A stretch of DNA of 64,000 bases from a bacterium (GTDB lineage: Bacteria; UBA8248): contig CBDBZU010000004.1 of the NCBI GenBank assembly GCA_965213625.1, positions 480,001-544,000 of the forward strand, read 5' to 3'. A model generated the notes under the pieces. The model did not search any database, had not been told where the DNA came from, and saw only the letters and a program-made list of their open reading frames with translations. The position numbers and the translations under genes are program-made. Each line of letters opens with the position of its first letter. Positions within the stretch are counted from its first letter, which is position 1. Positions 39,978 to 48,726 of the stretch are shown here, piece after piece.

Positions 39978-40200
39978 GAATGATTACCGACAGGGATACT
40001 TCGAAATACACAGGAGTTTGAATTCGCCTGCTTCCGTTTTGATTACTTTCAGTATAAGGGCAGTATTAGCGAGACCGGAAAGAATGAAACTTTCTTAATA
40101 ATTTCAACAGACTACAAGGATCTCACCGCCGCCGGAAACCCCCCACCGTCTGAAAACGGGCGATAAATATCGATAAATTCACGGGGTATATCGATAAATT
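39978..40200. repeat. Diverged intergenic repeat R3, ending in three CGATAAAT repeats
   Basis: Collinear with R1. CGATAAAT at about 40161, 40171 and 40192. Confidence 0.6.
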
Positions 40201-40208
40201 TCAGACAA

Positions 40209-40956
40209 TTAAATTCTTTGGGAAATGACGCCGCGGAAGTGCGACGCAGGGGAATTCTGCCATGGACAGCGCATCTCAAGATAACGGCAAATGCGGGAAA
40301 ATGCGAGTGAGCAGCAAGCGCTAGCCGACTGACCGGGAAGGGAGGAACTGCTTCGCCACTTCTCTGTCGTGACTTCTACGATCTCCTTCTCGCCAACGGA
40401 GACGCTGCATATCACGACGTCGACTTCGAGTTCCCTCATCGACGCGAGACTGCGCGCCAGTTCCGCCTTATCGTCCCCGTTGTCTGCGACGACGATGGTC
40501 TTCCACTCTCCTTCGTCTCGATAGATCGCGTCGCCCGTGAAGAGATACGTCTTGCCGTGAGGCGAGCGGTAGCGGTAGCACACGCTGTTATTCGTGTGGC
40601 CCGGCGTATGGGATTACCTCGATGTCGCCTGAAAGAAACTCGCGCGGGGGAGAATCGAAAAGAACGTCGGCGGAAACCGCCTCTGGCAGATAGGGCGCGA
40701 CGAGCGCGTGGCAGCACAGTTTCGAGCCGAATCGCCCGGCCGCATCTACGAGCGACTCGTCCACCTCGTGGCAATGGCTCAGGCAGTGATGCGCAACACC
40801 GCCCCGCTCGCTCATCTCCTCGAAATCCCCTGAACTTCTCGGGTTGCAGAAGAGGACGTTGCCTCCCGGGCGCTCCAGCAGGTAGGCGTGAACGGTGAGG
40901 ACGCTGAACTGCTTCTCCTCGGCTGTCTGCCACAAATCGGGGTAGAGGCGCTTCAC
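40209..40956 (-). pseudogene. MBL-fold metallo-hydrolase, frameshift near 40608, 3' end uncertain
   Basis: LSHCHE, then TPGHT in the shifted frame, then YLFTGD. Confidence 0.75.
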
Positions 40957-41084
40957 TCTTTCCGCCCTCCGCTCATGAAGCCGTGCCTATCGGTCCTCCG
41001 GCACAAGGGATGAGCATTCCCGGTGGTTACATGAGTGGAGCGGACAACGGCGCGCCGGACCGCACCCGCTCCCCCGGTGAAAGC

Positions 41085-41378
41085 CTACTCTTCCGGCTCG
41101 TCGTAGGAGATGAAGGTGATGTCCACCGCCTCGTTGCGGCCGGGGATCAAGGCCTGGTAGCCGTCCGAGTAATACCATTTCTCCACCGCCTCCTGGTCGG
41201 GGAATTTCAGGAGAACGAACATCTGCCTGTCGTGCTCGCCGGTGAGCACCTTCACGAGCTGTCCGCTCGCCGCCACCTCGCCCCCGACGGAGGCGACGAT
41301 AGCGAGGCCCTGCTCGGCATAGTTGTTGAATCCCTCTTCGTCCTTGACGGTGATGTGTCCGACCACGTATGCGCCCAT
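41085..41378 (-). CDS. DUF1330 domain protein
   Basis: AAAGGAG RBS. AYVVGHITVKD and LKFPDQEAVEKWYYSDGYQ. Confidence 0.85.
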   Translation of the reverse strand: MGAYVVGHITVKDEEGFNNYAEQGLAIVASVGGEVAASGQLVKVLTGEHDRQMFVLLKFPDQEAVEKWYYSDGYQALIPGRNEAVDITFISYDEPEE

Positions 41379-41644
41379 GTCCGCTCCTTTCACAAATGGG
41401 GCCGCCCGCCCGGCGGCAAATGAATTGAGGATTTCAAGCCGCATGCATCGCGGCGTCTCTCACCTCTCCTCGTCAACCGGCCTTCGCCGGACTTGAAACC
41501 AGGACTCCATGAATCCCTCGGGAGATTCCAAGGTTTCATAAATGGCCTTCGGGATCAATGCCGCTCAGACGACGCGGGATGAGGGCATGCGCGTTCATCC
41601 GTCTTGTTCGGAATGAATGTATGGGATCGGTCCGCAATTCCCCT

Positions 41645-41670
41645 TGCAGGGTCAGACATATATGTCTGAC
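41645..41670. repeat. REP-like perfect palindrome next to the IS1111 target site
   Basis: GCAGG followed by GTCAGACATA/TATGTCTGAC. Confidence 0.6.
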
Positions 41671-41734
41671 ATACATGCGTACATGGACGCCCCCCTGGAA
41701 TGCAAGCGGTTTTTTGGGAGGGTTCGGCGCAAAG

Positions 41735-41900
41735 CGGTTCGACTCAGTCGTACATTCGGCCTCTTCGTTGCGGCGCTTCGTAACGGCCGCGGGCCCGTAT
41801 GGAGATGCGCGGGTCGGGTCCGAATCGGCCCGGCGAGCTCGATGGTTCGCTCGTCGCATGTAACTGGTTGCCCCGACCCCGTCTCGATGACCGTTTGCCC
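41735..41900 (-). ncRNA. Putative bridge/seek RNA (extent approximate)
   Basis: Two stem-loops whose internal loops match the target flanks and the element ends. Confidence 0.7.
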
Positions 41901-41956
41901 TTACTCCTCCTGTGGCCTGCCCACATTCCTCCCGGCTCTATCCGCGCGCCCGCCGC

Positions 41957-42982
41957 TCAGGCGAGGGGCGCCGGTTCCCTGTAGTCGTCCTTGTTCCGCA
42001 TCAGCGCCCACGCGATGCGCGCCATTTTGTTGGCCAGCGCCACCGCGACGAGCATCCTCGGCTTGCGCGCCAGCATCCGGGCCAGCCACGAACCCGGCGG
42101 CGCGCCGCGCCGGAGCGCCTGGCGAATCACCGACATCGCGCCCGTGACCAACAGCCGCCTCACGTCGCGCTGGCCCATCTTCGATACCCGGCCCAGGCGG
42201 GGCTTGCCCCCCGTCGAGTGTTGCCGGGGCACCAGTCCCAGCCAGGCCGAGAAGTCCCGGCCCCGCCGGAAGTTCTCCATCGGCGGCGCGAAGGCACGGA
42301 TCGCAGACGCCGTAACCGGACCCACCCCCGGGATACGCATCAGACGCCGCGCCTCCTCGTCCGCGTGGACGCTCGCGTGAAGCCGACTCTCCAACTCCCC
42401 GATCTTCCGGCTCAGACCCGCGATTTGCTCCAGAAACACCTCGCCCAACTCCCGAACCGCCACCGGCAGACCCGATTCCGCTCCCCGAACCGCCGCCGCC
42501 AGACGCGTGAGGCCCACCGGACCCTGCCGCGCGACCACCCCGAACTCCGCCAGGTGTCCCCGCAACGCGTTGATCGTCTGCGTCTTCTGGCGCTTCAGCA
42601 AATCCCGCGCCCGGAACAGCATCCCCTCGGTCTGCTGCTCCTCGCTCTTCACCGCCACGAGATGCATCGTCGGTCGTGAGGCCGCCTCGCAAATCGCCTC
42701 CGCGTCCGCCGCGTCGTTCTTGTGGCGCTTCACGTACGGCTTCACGTAGGCCGGCGGCGCGAGCCGAACCTCGTGGCCGAGCTTCGCAATCTCACGGCCC
42801 CAGCGGTGCGCCCCCGCGCACGCCTCCATCGCCACCACGCAGCGCGGCTGTTTGGCCAGGAAGTTCAGCAGACCCGCCCGACCGAGCTTCTTGCGGAACG
42901 CTACCGAACCGTCCGCGCGCGCCCCGTGGAGTTGAAAACTGTTTTTCGCCAAGTCGATGCCGATGATGTAGACTCCTTCCAT
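41957..42982 (-). CDS. IS110-family DEDD recombinase
   Basis: IGIDLAK, VAMEAC, KNDAADA, IPGVGP, GLVPRQHSTGGK and VALANKMAR. GGAGG RBS. Confidence 0.95.
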   Translation of the reverse strand: MEGVYIIGIDLAKNSFQLHGARADGSVAFRKKLGRAGLLNFLAKQPRCVVAMEACAGAHRWGREIAKLGHEVRLAPPAYVKPYVKRHKNDAADAEAICEAASRPTMHLVAVKSEEQQTEGMLFRARDLLKRQKTQTINALRGHLAEFGVVARQGPVGLTRLAAAVRGAESGLPVAVRELGEVFLEQIAGLSRKIGELESRLHASVHADEEARRLMRIPGVGPVTASAIRAFAPPMENFRRGRDFSAWLGLVPRQHSTGGKPRLGRVSKMGQRDVRRLLVTGAMSVIRQALRRGAPPGSWLARMLARKPRMLVAVALANKMARIAWALMRNKDDYREPAPLA

Positions 42983-43223
42983 GGATGCCTCCTTCCGGGC
43001 GGTGTGTGACGTTGCCTCGCCACATTCTAAACTGCCGGAAGGGGGCGTCCACCCCATCGGCCCTGCCCTTCGCCTTCACAACGCGGGTCACATGTATGTG
43101 CGGGGCGGTCCCGAGGAGTCGGTTCCGACCGAAGAGGGAGGAACCACCACCTGCACCCCATCGCAGCGTCGAGACCAGAACATGACGCTGGAATGACGAC
43201 CGGAATGCGGAATCATTTTTTCT

Positions 43224-43283
43224 CGCAGGGACAGGCCTCCGTGCCTGTCCTGCAAGGGACAACCACGGAGGGTAGTCCCTGCG
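43224..43283. repeat. REP-like doublet
   Basis: GGACAGGC-ctccgt-GCCTGTCC and AGGGAC...GTCCCT. Confidence 0.6.
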
Positions 43284-43483
43284 CCCCTCTCATGCCCGCT
43301 CCCTCCCTCCCCCTTTCCGGGGCTGGCCGAGGGATTTCTTTTCAGCTAATATGAGGCCATACGCAGTAAAGTGGATTAAACAACCGCCCAAACTTGGTTA
43401 TCAGGCGCACCGGCGCAGAGGGTTCCATTCAGGTTCGCCCGAGTGTTCTTTTTCGTTTTTGATTCTGTGGGGGAAATCCGGTC

Positions 43484-44065
43484 ATGAAAAAACAAAACGT
43501 ATGGATAAGCCTGGCCGTCCTGGCGGTGGCGGGCGCGCTCGTCGCGGGCTGCGCGGACGACCAGACGATGGGCATGATGAAGAAAACGGTAGCGGGCATG
43601 AAAAAGAAGGAAATGGCCAAAGACAAGAAGATGGCGATGAAGGACAAGAAGATGGGCAAGAAAAAGATGATGAAGGGCGATGAGGCCGCCGTGAAGGCGC
43701 GCCGGAAGCTCATGCGCGGCATCGGCGCGGACATGAAGCGACTGAAAGCCGCGATGAAACAAGGCAGCGGCTGGGTGGTCGAAGAGCAGGTGCGCCAGGC
43801 CGCAGGCGACATGTACAAGAAGGCGAGCAAGATCAAAAAAGCGTTCAAGAAGAACACCCTGGCGGGCAAGACGACATCGACCGCCGCCATCTGGAGGGAC
43901 AAGGCGAAATTCGGCCTCATCGCGGATGGTCTGGCCGCGAACGCCGCCGTCCTGGCGCAAATCCACTACAAGGGCGGCCCTGCGGCCATCAAGAAGGCGG
44001 TGGGCCTCATCGGCAGGCAATGCGGCGCATGCCACAAGTCGTTCCGTAAGAAGAAGAAAAGATAA
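43484..44065 (+). CDS. Class II cytochrome c (c'/c556) lipoprotein with a Met/Lys-rich linker
   Basis: Lipobox LVAGC, ARRKLM, AIWRDKAKF and C-terminal CGACHKSFR. Confidence 0.85.
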   Translation: MKKQNVWISLAVLAVAGALVAGCADDQTMGMMKKTVAGMKKKEMAKDKKMAMKDKKMGKKKMMKGDEAAVKARRKLMRGIGADMKRLKAAMKQGSGWVVEEQVRQAAGDMYKKASKIKKAFKKNTLAGKTTSTAAIWRDKAKFGLIADGLAANAAVLAQIHYKGGPAAIKKAVGLIGRQCGACHKSFRKKKKR

Positions 44066-44085
44066 CAACGCATAAGAGATACAGG

Positions 44086-44120
44086 GAAACCCCGGCGGAA
44101 TAAGCCGGGGTTTTCTTTTG
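44086..44120 (+). terminator. Rho-independent terminator
   Basis: AAACCCCGGC/GCCGGGGTTT stem followed by TCTTTT. Confidence 0.8.
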
Positions 44121-44144
44121 GGTGGGAGTCGATAGTTTCTCATC

Positions 44145-44193
44145 CGTAGAGACAGGCCCCTGCGCCTGTCTGAGGTCGCGACCTGTCCCTACG
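44145..44193. repeat. GTAG-family REP-like element
   Basis: CGTAG-AGACAGGC..GCCTGTCT..CTGTCCCTACG. Confidence 0.6.
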
Positions 44194-44254
44194 ATGAAGT
44201 CCTCCCGGCATTAAGACCCGCCCTTTGGGAATCACTATTTCATCAGTCGCTCCC

Positions 44255-47200
44255 CTACACCCCGCCCGTCAGCGATTCGTTCCGCATCCGGCTCCGCACC
44301 TCGCCGAGCGGGCCGCTGTCGGCCACCAGGCCGTCGCGGTAGAGGATGACGTCGCGCGACCTGGCCGAAATCTTGGGTCCCGGCGCGATGACGCCCGTCA
44401 AATTCATCGGGTCGCTCGCATGGACGATGGTGGGCTTGCCCCGCGCGGGTATCTTGCGGACGGCGCGAAGCGCTTCCACCGATTCGGGCAGGGCGAACTG
44501 CTCGCCCATGAAGCCCGATACGAAACGCCCACCCCGAATCTCGCCCTTCGCTTCCAGGCGTCTGAACACGCGCACCAGTTCGCGCCAGCGTGGAGCGGCT
44601 GCCTCGCGGGCGGCCAGCTCGCGGAGCACGACACCATATCTTTTGAGCAACTGGCGCGCATGGGCTTCGCGGTGCACCTCCTCATCGAGCGGCGCGTCGG
44701 CGCTCCCCCACAGCGACCAGCGGCCCACGGGCATGAACCGGTTTTTCGCCTCGCGCGATATGGCCCTTCCCCCCGGCAGGGCGCGCAGTCTGCGCTCGCC
44801 CTTTTTCTTCTCTTTGGCACCCGCTATCAGCGCCCTTAATCCCGCCACTCCGTCGCCCGTCACCAGACCACGCGCGACGAGTTCCCAGAGCGCCTCTTCG
44901 GCCTCGGTCCTGAGCCTGCCCGTCGCCCCCGTGATGTCGGCGAGGAATGACGCTCCCCTACTTTTAAGGAAATCGAGTATCTCGAGCGCGGGTCTCGACA
45001 GATTCCCCCGCCAGGCGTCTTCGGTTTCGCGTGGTTTCAGGAACAGCCCCACCTCCTCTCGCATCAGGAAGGCCAGGAGCGCCCGGCGCGAAGGCTGCGC
45101 CTTCTGGGCCGCCCGGGATCGGCTCCCGTTCACAGGCTCTTCAAGCGGCTCGGGCGGAGCGCCCGGTCGCAGGCGTCCCCACGCGACGAGGCCCGAGAGG
45201 CAAAGCGCCTCAAGATCAGCCGCGTCGTAGTTCTTGATTCGCGCAGGCAGAATCTGCTCCTCCCAGGCGGGCGCGGGCAACTCCAGCCCCTGAAGCTGGC
45301 GAACCACTTCCAAGACCCCGTCGCGCCCGTACAGCATGGCGTCCTCGTGCACGTGCTGCCACCTGAGCAGATAGCGGATAAAATCCGCCGCCGTCACGGG
45401 CTCTATCTCGCGCCTGAGCTTGCCCAGCGTCATGCGGTGAATGCGGGCGAGCAACACGCGGTCGCACCATTCGGTTACCGCCTCTGGCGCAAAGCGAGCG
45501 AAACGGCCCCGCAGAACCGCTCCCTCTCCCTCCAGAGCGGCCAGGGCGATCTCGACGTCAGGCTGCGCGAGACCCACGCGCGTGGCGAGTTCACCCGCCG
45601 TCACGGGGCCTGTCGCCTCCATCCATCCCCGCACGATGGCGAGCGCCGCCTCATCCTGAGTGGGCGGTTCCACCTCATCCCCCTGGAAGGGAATTTTATC
45701 CGGCGTGAGCCTGATTCCCGGAATCGCTGCGCTCATCAGCGCCATTCTCTCCGCAGGAACCCAGCCTTCCCGCTCGACCCCGCCCGCTTCCCACTCCGCT
45801 TTCGCCACGCGGCTCGCGGCCAAGAGTTCATCCACCCAGGCGGCCCATTCACCCGCTTCTTCCACCGGCAGCACGCACAGGGAGAGCAGCGCGTCGTGCA
45901 CCTCATCCGCGTCACGCGGGACCGGCCAGACCTGCTCGCACACCTCTTCGATAACGTCTGCGTCGAGCCGGGCGCTTTCCGCGTCATCGGGCAGGGCGCG
46001 TCTCAGCGGCACCGCGCGCGAGCGGCGCTCCTCCAGTGGCGCGTCGTCGATGAAGGCGTAGGGGTTCGCGTTCAGTATCTCGTGCGACATGGGAGAAGGC
46101 GCGGGCGTCTCCACGCCAAAGGTCTTGATTTTCCCGCTCTCTACGTCGGCGATGAGCGCTCTCAGGCTCTCGATGTCCATCGCTTCGGTCAGGCAGTTTT
46201 CCACCGTCTCGTTCACGAGGGGATGGTCGGGCGGCTCGATGGGGCCGTGGTGGTTGTCCTGGCAGGCGAGCTGGGCCGGGAAGACGGCGGCGAGCAGATC
46301 CTCGGCCCGCATGCGCTGGATCGCGACGGGCACCTTCTTACCCCCGCTGCGCCTGGGGAGTGCCAGTGCGCGCGTGGCGTTCCAACGCCAGCGGTTGGCG
46401 AACATGGGCGACTGGAGCGCGGACTGGAGCATATCCTTTTTGAGCGACGCCAGGCGCGCGAAGCCGAAAATCGATTCCAGCGGAAAGCTGTGCTGCGATG
46501 AGAGTGATAACACGATGCCGTCGTCCGTGGCTGCGGCCTGGAGTTCGAAATCGAACGTGAGGCAAAACCGTTTTCTCAGCGTGTGGCCCCAAGCGCGGTT
46601 GATGCGACCCCCGAAGGGCGAGTGGATGACGAGCTGCATCCCGCCCGCCTCGTCGAAAAACCGCTCCGCTATTATCTCTTCCTGCGTGGGTACGCGCCCC
46701 AGCACCCGCACCGTCTCGCGCACGTAGTCGAGTATCTGCGATGCGCCGCCAGGACAAATCCCGCATTCGGCGCGCATCCAGCGAATCGCCTCGGCAGGCT
46801 CGGTGAGACGCTCCGCCAGCTCACTCCTGAGCGAGGAGACGGATTCCGAGAGTTCCGCCGTCCGCGAAGGCGCCTCGCCCAGCCAGAAGGGGATGTTCGG
46901 CGGGAGCCCCTCGGCGTCTTCCACGCGCACTTTGTCGCGCTCCACGCGCTTGACGCGCCAGGAGTGGTTGCCGAGCAGGAAGATGTCGCCCGCGTTCGAC
47001 TCGATGGCGAAATCCTCGTTCACCTTGCCCACGAAGGTCTCCGCCGCCCCCTCGACCACGTCGTAATCCGCCGTGTCGGGAATCGCGCCGCCCGAAGTGA
47101 TGGCGCAAAGCCGCGCCCCGCGCCTCGGCCTCAGCAGAGCGTTCACGCGGTCCCTGTGCAGGTAGGCGGTGCGCCTGCCCCGGCTGGTGGAGATGCCTTC

Positions 47201-48580
47201 GGTGAGCATCTCGAGCACGTCCTCGAAAACACTTCTTTCAAGTTCCCCGTAAGGCTGCGCCCGCCTGACGAGTGACCAGAGCGCCTCTTCCTCCACCTCT
47301 TCCTGCGCGGCGGCCTCGGCCACCATCTGCTGGGCGAGTATGTCGAGCGGCGCTTCGGGGAAGATGACCCGGTCGAGCGCGCCTGCCCGCACCGAGCGGA
47401 TGGCGGCGGCGCTTTGCAGGAGTTCGTCCCGCGTCATGGGGAAAACGATTCCTTTGGGGATAGCGCCCTTCCAGTGGCCCGAGCGCCCCACGCGCTGAAG
47501 GAGCGAGGCGAGCGTTCTCGGCGCGCCCAGGTGGCAGACGAGGTCGACGTGGCCGATGTCGATGCCGAGTTCGAGCGATGCCGTGGCGACGATGGCCGAC
47601 AGCGCGCCCGATTTGAGCCGCTCCTCGGCGTCCAGCCTGATCTTGCGCGACAAAGACCCGTGGTGCGCGGCCACGCGGCCCTCGCCCAGCCTCTCCGTGA
47701 GCCTGTGGGAGACGCGCTCCGCCAGCCGCCGCGTGTGGACGAACACGATGGTCGTGCGGTGGCTCTCGATGTGGGCGGCAATGCGGTCAAACACCTCGGC
47801 CCAGTATTCGTGCGAGGCGATGGGTCCGATATCCTGATCGGCCACCTCGACCGTGAGCGCCATCTCGCGCTTGTGGCCCACGTCCACGATAGCGCAATCG
47901 GGAGCGCCGTCCTCCCCTCGCCTTTCCGCACCGACGAGCAGGCGCGCTATCACCTCAATCGGCTTCTGCGTGGCGCTCAGGCCGATGCGCTGGAGCCGCT
48001 CCTCGCAAAGCGCGTCCAGCCGCTCGAGAGAAAGTGCCAAGTGCGCGCCGCGCTTATCGCCCGCGACCGCGTGTATCTCGTCCACGATGACGGCGCGCGC
48101 GGTCTCCAGCACCTTGCGGCTGCGCTCGGCCGTCAGGAGAATGTAGAGCGACTCCGGCGTGGTGATGAGGATGTGGGGGCGTTTTTTGAGCATGAGCCTG
48201 CGCTCGCGAGCGGGCGTATCGCCGGAGCGCACCGCCACGCGAATCTCGGGCAGTTCCACGCCCTCTTTTTTGGCGAGCGCGCGGATTTCGCTCAAAGGTT
48301 CCTGCAAATTCTTCTGGATGTCGTTGCCGAGCGCCTTGAGCGGAGAGATGTAGACGAGGCGGCAGGTGTCTTCCAGCTCACCCGCCAGCGCGTCCCGAAT
48401 GAGGCCGTCGAGCGACCACAGGAAGGCGGCCAGCGTCTTTCCCGTTCCGGTGGGGGCTGCGATGAGCGTGTCGCGCCCGGTGGCTATCTCGGGCCAGCCC
48501 GCATCCTGCGGGGCGCTCGGCTCCCCGAATTTCTCAAGAAACCAGCGCGCGATCAGCGGATGAAACGAGTGTCTGTCCAT
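44255..48580 (-). CDS. lhr: Lhr-family SF2 helicase with C-terminal winged-helix/glycosylase-like region
   Basis: APTGTGKT, SPLKAL, TTPESL, DEIH, LSAT, HHGSLS, LELGIDIG and QRVGRSGH. C-terminal RGGRFVSGF.GEQFA. Start is 48580 or 48628. Confidence 0.9.
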   Translation of the reverse strand: MDRHSFHPLIARWFLEKFGEPSAPQDAGWPEIATGRDTLIAAPTGTGKTLAAFLWSLDGLIRDALAGELEDTCRLVYISPLKALGNDIQKNLQEPLSEIRALAKKEGVELPEIRVAVRSGDTPARERRLMLKKRPHILITTPESLYILLTAERSRKVLETARAVIVDEIHAVAGDKRGAHLALSLERLDALCEERLQRIGLSATQKPIEVIARLLVGAERRGEDGAPDCAIVDVGHKREMALTVEVADQDIGPIASHEYWAEVFDRIAAHIESHRTTIVFVHTRRLAERVSHRLTERLGEGRVAAHHGSLSRKIRLDAEERLKSGALSAIVATASLELGIDIGHVDLVCHLGAPRTLASLLQRVGRSGHWKGAIPKGIVFPMTRDELLQSAAAIRSVRAGALDRVIFPEAPLDILAQQMVAEAAAQEEVEEEALWSLVRRAQPYGELERSVFEDVLEMLTEGISTSRGRRTAYLHRDRVNALLRPRRGARLCAITSGGAIPDTADYDVVEGAAETFVGKVNEDFAIESNAGDIFLLGNHSWRVKRVERDKVRVEDAEGLPPNIPFWLGEAPSRTAELSESVSSLRSELAERLTEPAEAIRWMRAECGICPGGASQILDYVRETVRVLGRVPTQEEIIAERFFDEAGGMQLVIHSPFGGRINRAWGHTLRKRFCLTFDFELQAAATDDGIVLSLSSQHSFPLESIFGFARLASLKKDMLQSALQSPMFANRWRWNATRALALPRRSGGKKVPVAIQRMRAEDLLAAVFPAQLACQDNHHGPIEPPDHPLVNETVENCLTEAMDIESLRALIADVESGKIKTFGVETPAPSPMSHEILNANPYAFIDDAPLEERRSRAVPLRRALPDDAESARLDADVIEEVCEQVWPVPRDADEVHDALLSLCVLPVEEAGEWAAWVDELLAASRVAKAEWEAGGVEREGWVPAERMALMSAAIPGIRLTPDKIPFQGDEVEPPTQDEAALAIVRGWMEATGPVTAGELATRVGLAQPDVEIALAALEGEGAVLRGRFARFAPEAVTEWCDRVLLARIHRMTLGKLRREIEPVTAADFIRYLLRWQHVHEDAMLYGRDGVLEVVRQLQGLELPAPAWEEQILPARIKNYDAADLEALCLSGLVAWGRLRPGAPPEPLEEPVNGSRSRAAQKAQPSRRALLAFLMREEVGLFLKPRETEDAWRGNLSRPALEILDFLKSRGASFLADITGATGRLRTEAEEALWELVARGLVTGDGVAGLRALIAGAKEKKKGERRLRALPGGRAISREAKNRFMPVGRWSLWGSADAPLDEEVHREAHARQLLKRYGVVLRELAAREAAAPRWRELVRVFRRLEAKGEIRGGRFVSGFMGEQFALPESVEALRAVRKIPARGKPTIVHASDPMNLTGVIAPGPKISARSRDVILYRDGLVADSGPLGEVRSRMRNESLTGGV

Positions 48581-48666
48581 AGCGGGGCATTCTACCCCAA
48601 ACGGGAATTGAGTGAACCCATGCTCCAAAGGTGTGTTATCTCTTCTATCGGTCGAGGATGGTTACT

Positions 48667-48716
48667 GTAGGGACAGGCCCCTGTGCCTGTCCTCCCACAG
48701 GGGGTTGTCCCTATAC
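48667..48716. repeat. GTAG-family REP-like element
   Basis: GTAG-GGACAGGC-ccctgt-GCCTGTCC...TGTCCCTA. Confidence 0.65.
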
Positions 48717-48726
48717 CTCACCACAC

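Larger units (their letters stand above)
7447..40305. mobile_element. Mosaic decaying integrative/mobilisable genomic island (boundaries approximate)
   Basis: Integrases at the left edge, plus a leading region/oriT, IS remnants, defence genes and many pseudogenes. A 19-bp motif occurs at 7447 and 7582 and inverted at 40287. No att core direct repeat was identified. Confidence 0.6.
41681..43056 (-). mobile_element. IS110-family, IS1111-group insertion sequence
   Basis: Sub-terminal IRs TGGACGCCCCC at 41684-41694 and 43041-43051. Long non-coding region downstream of the transposase. Confidence 0.88.
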
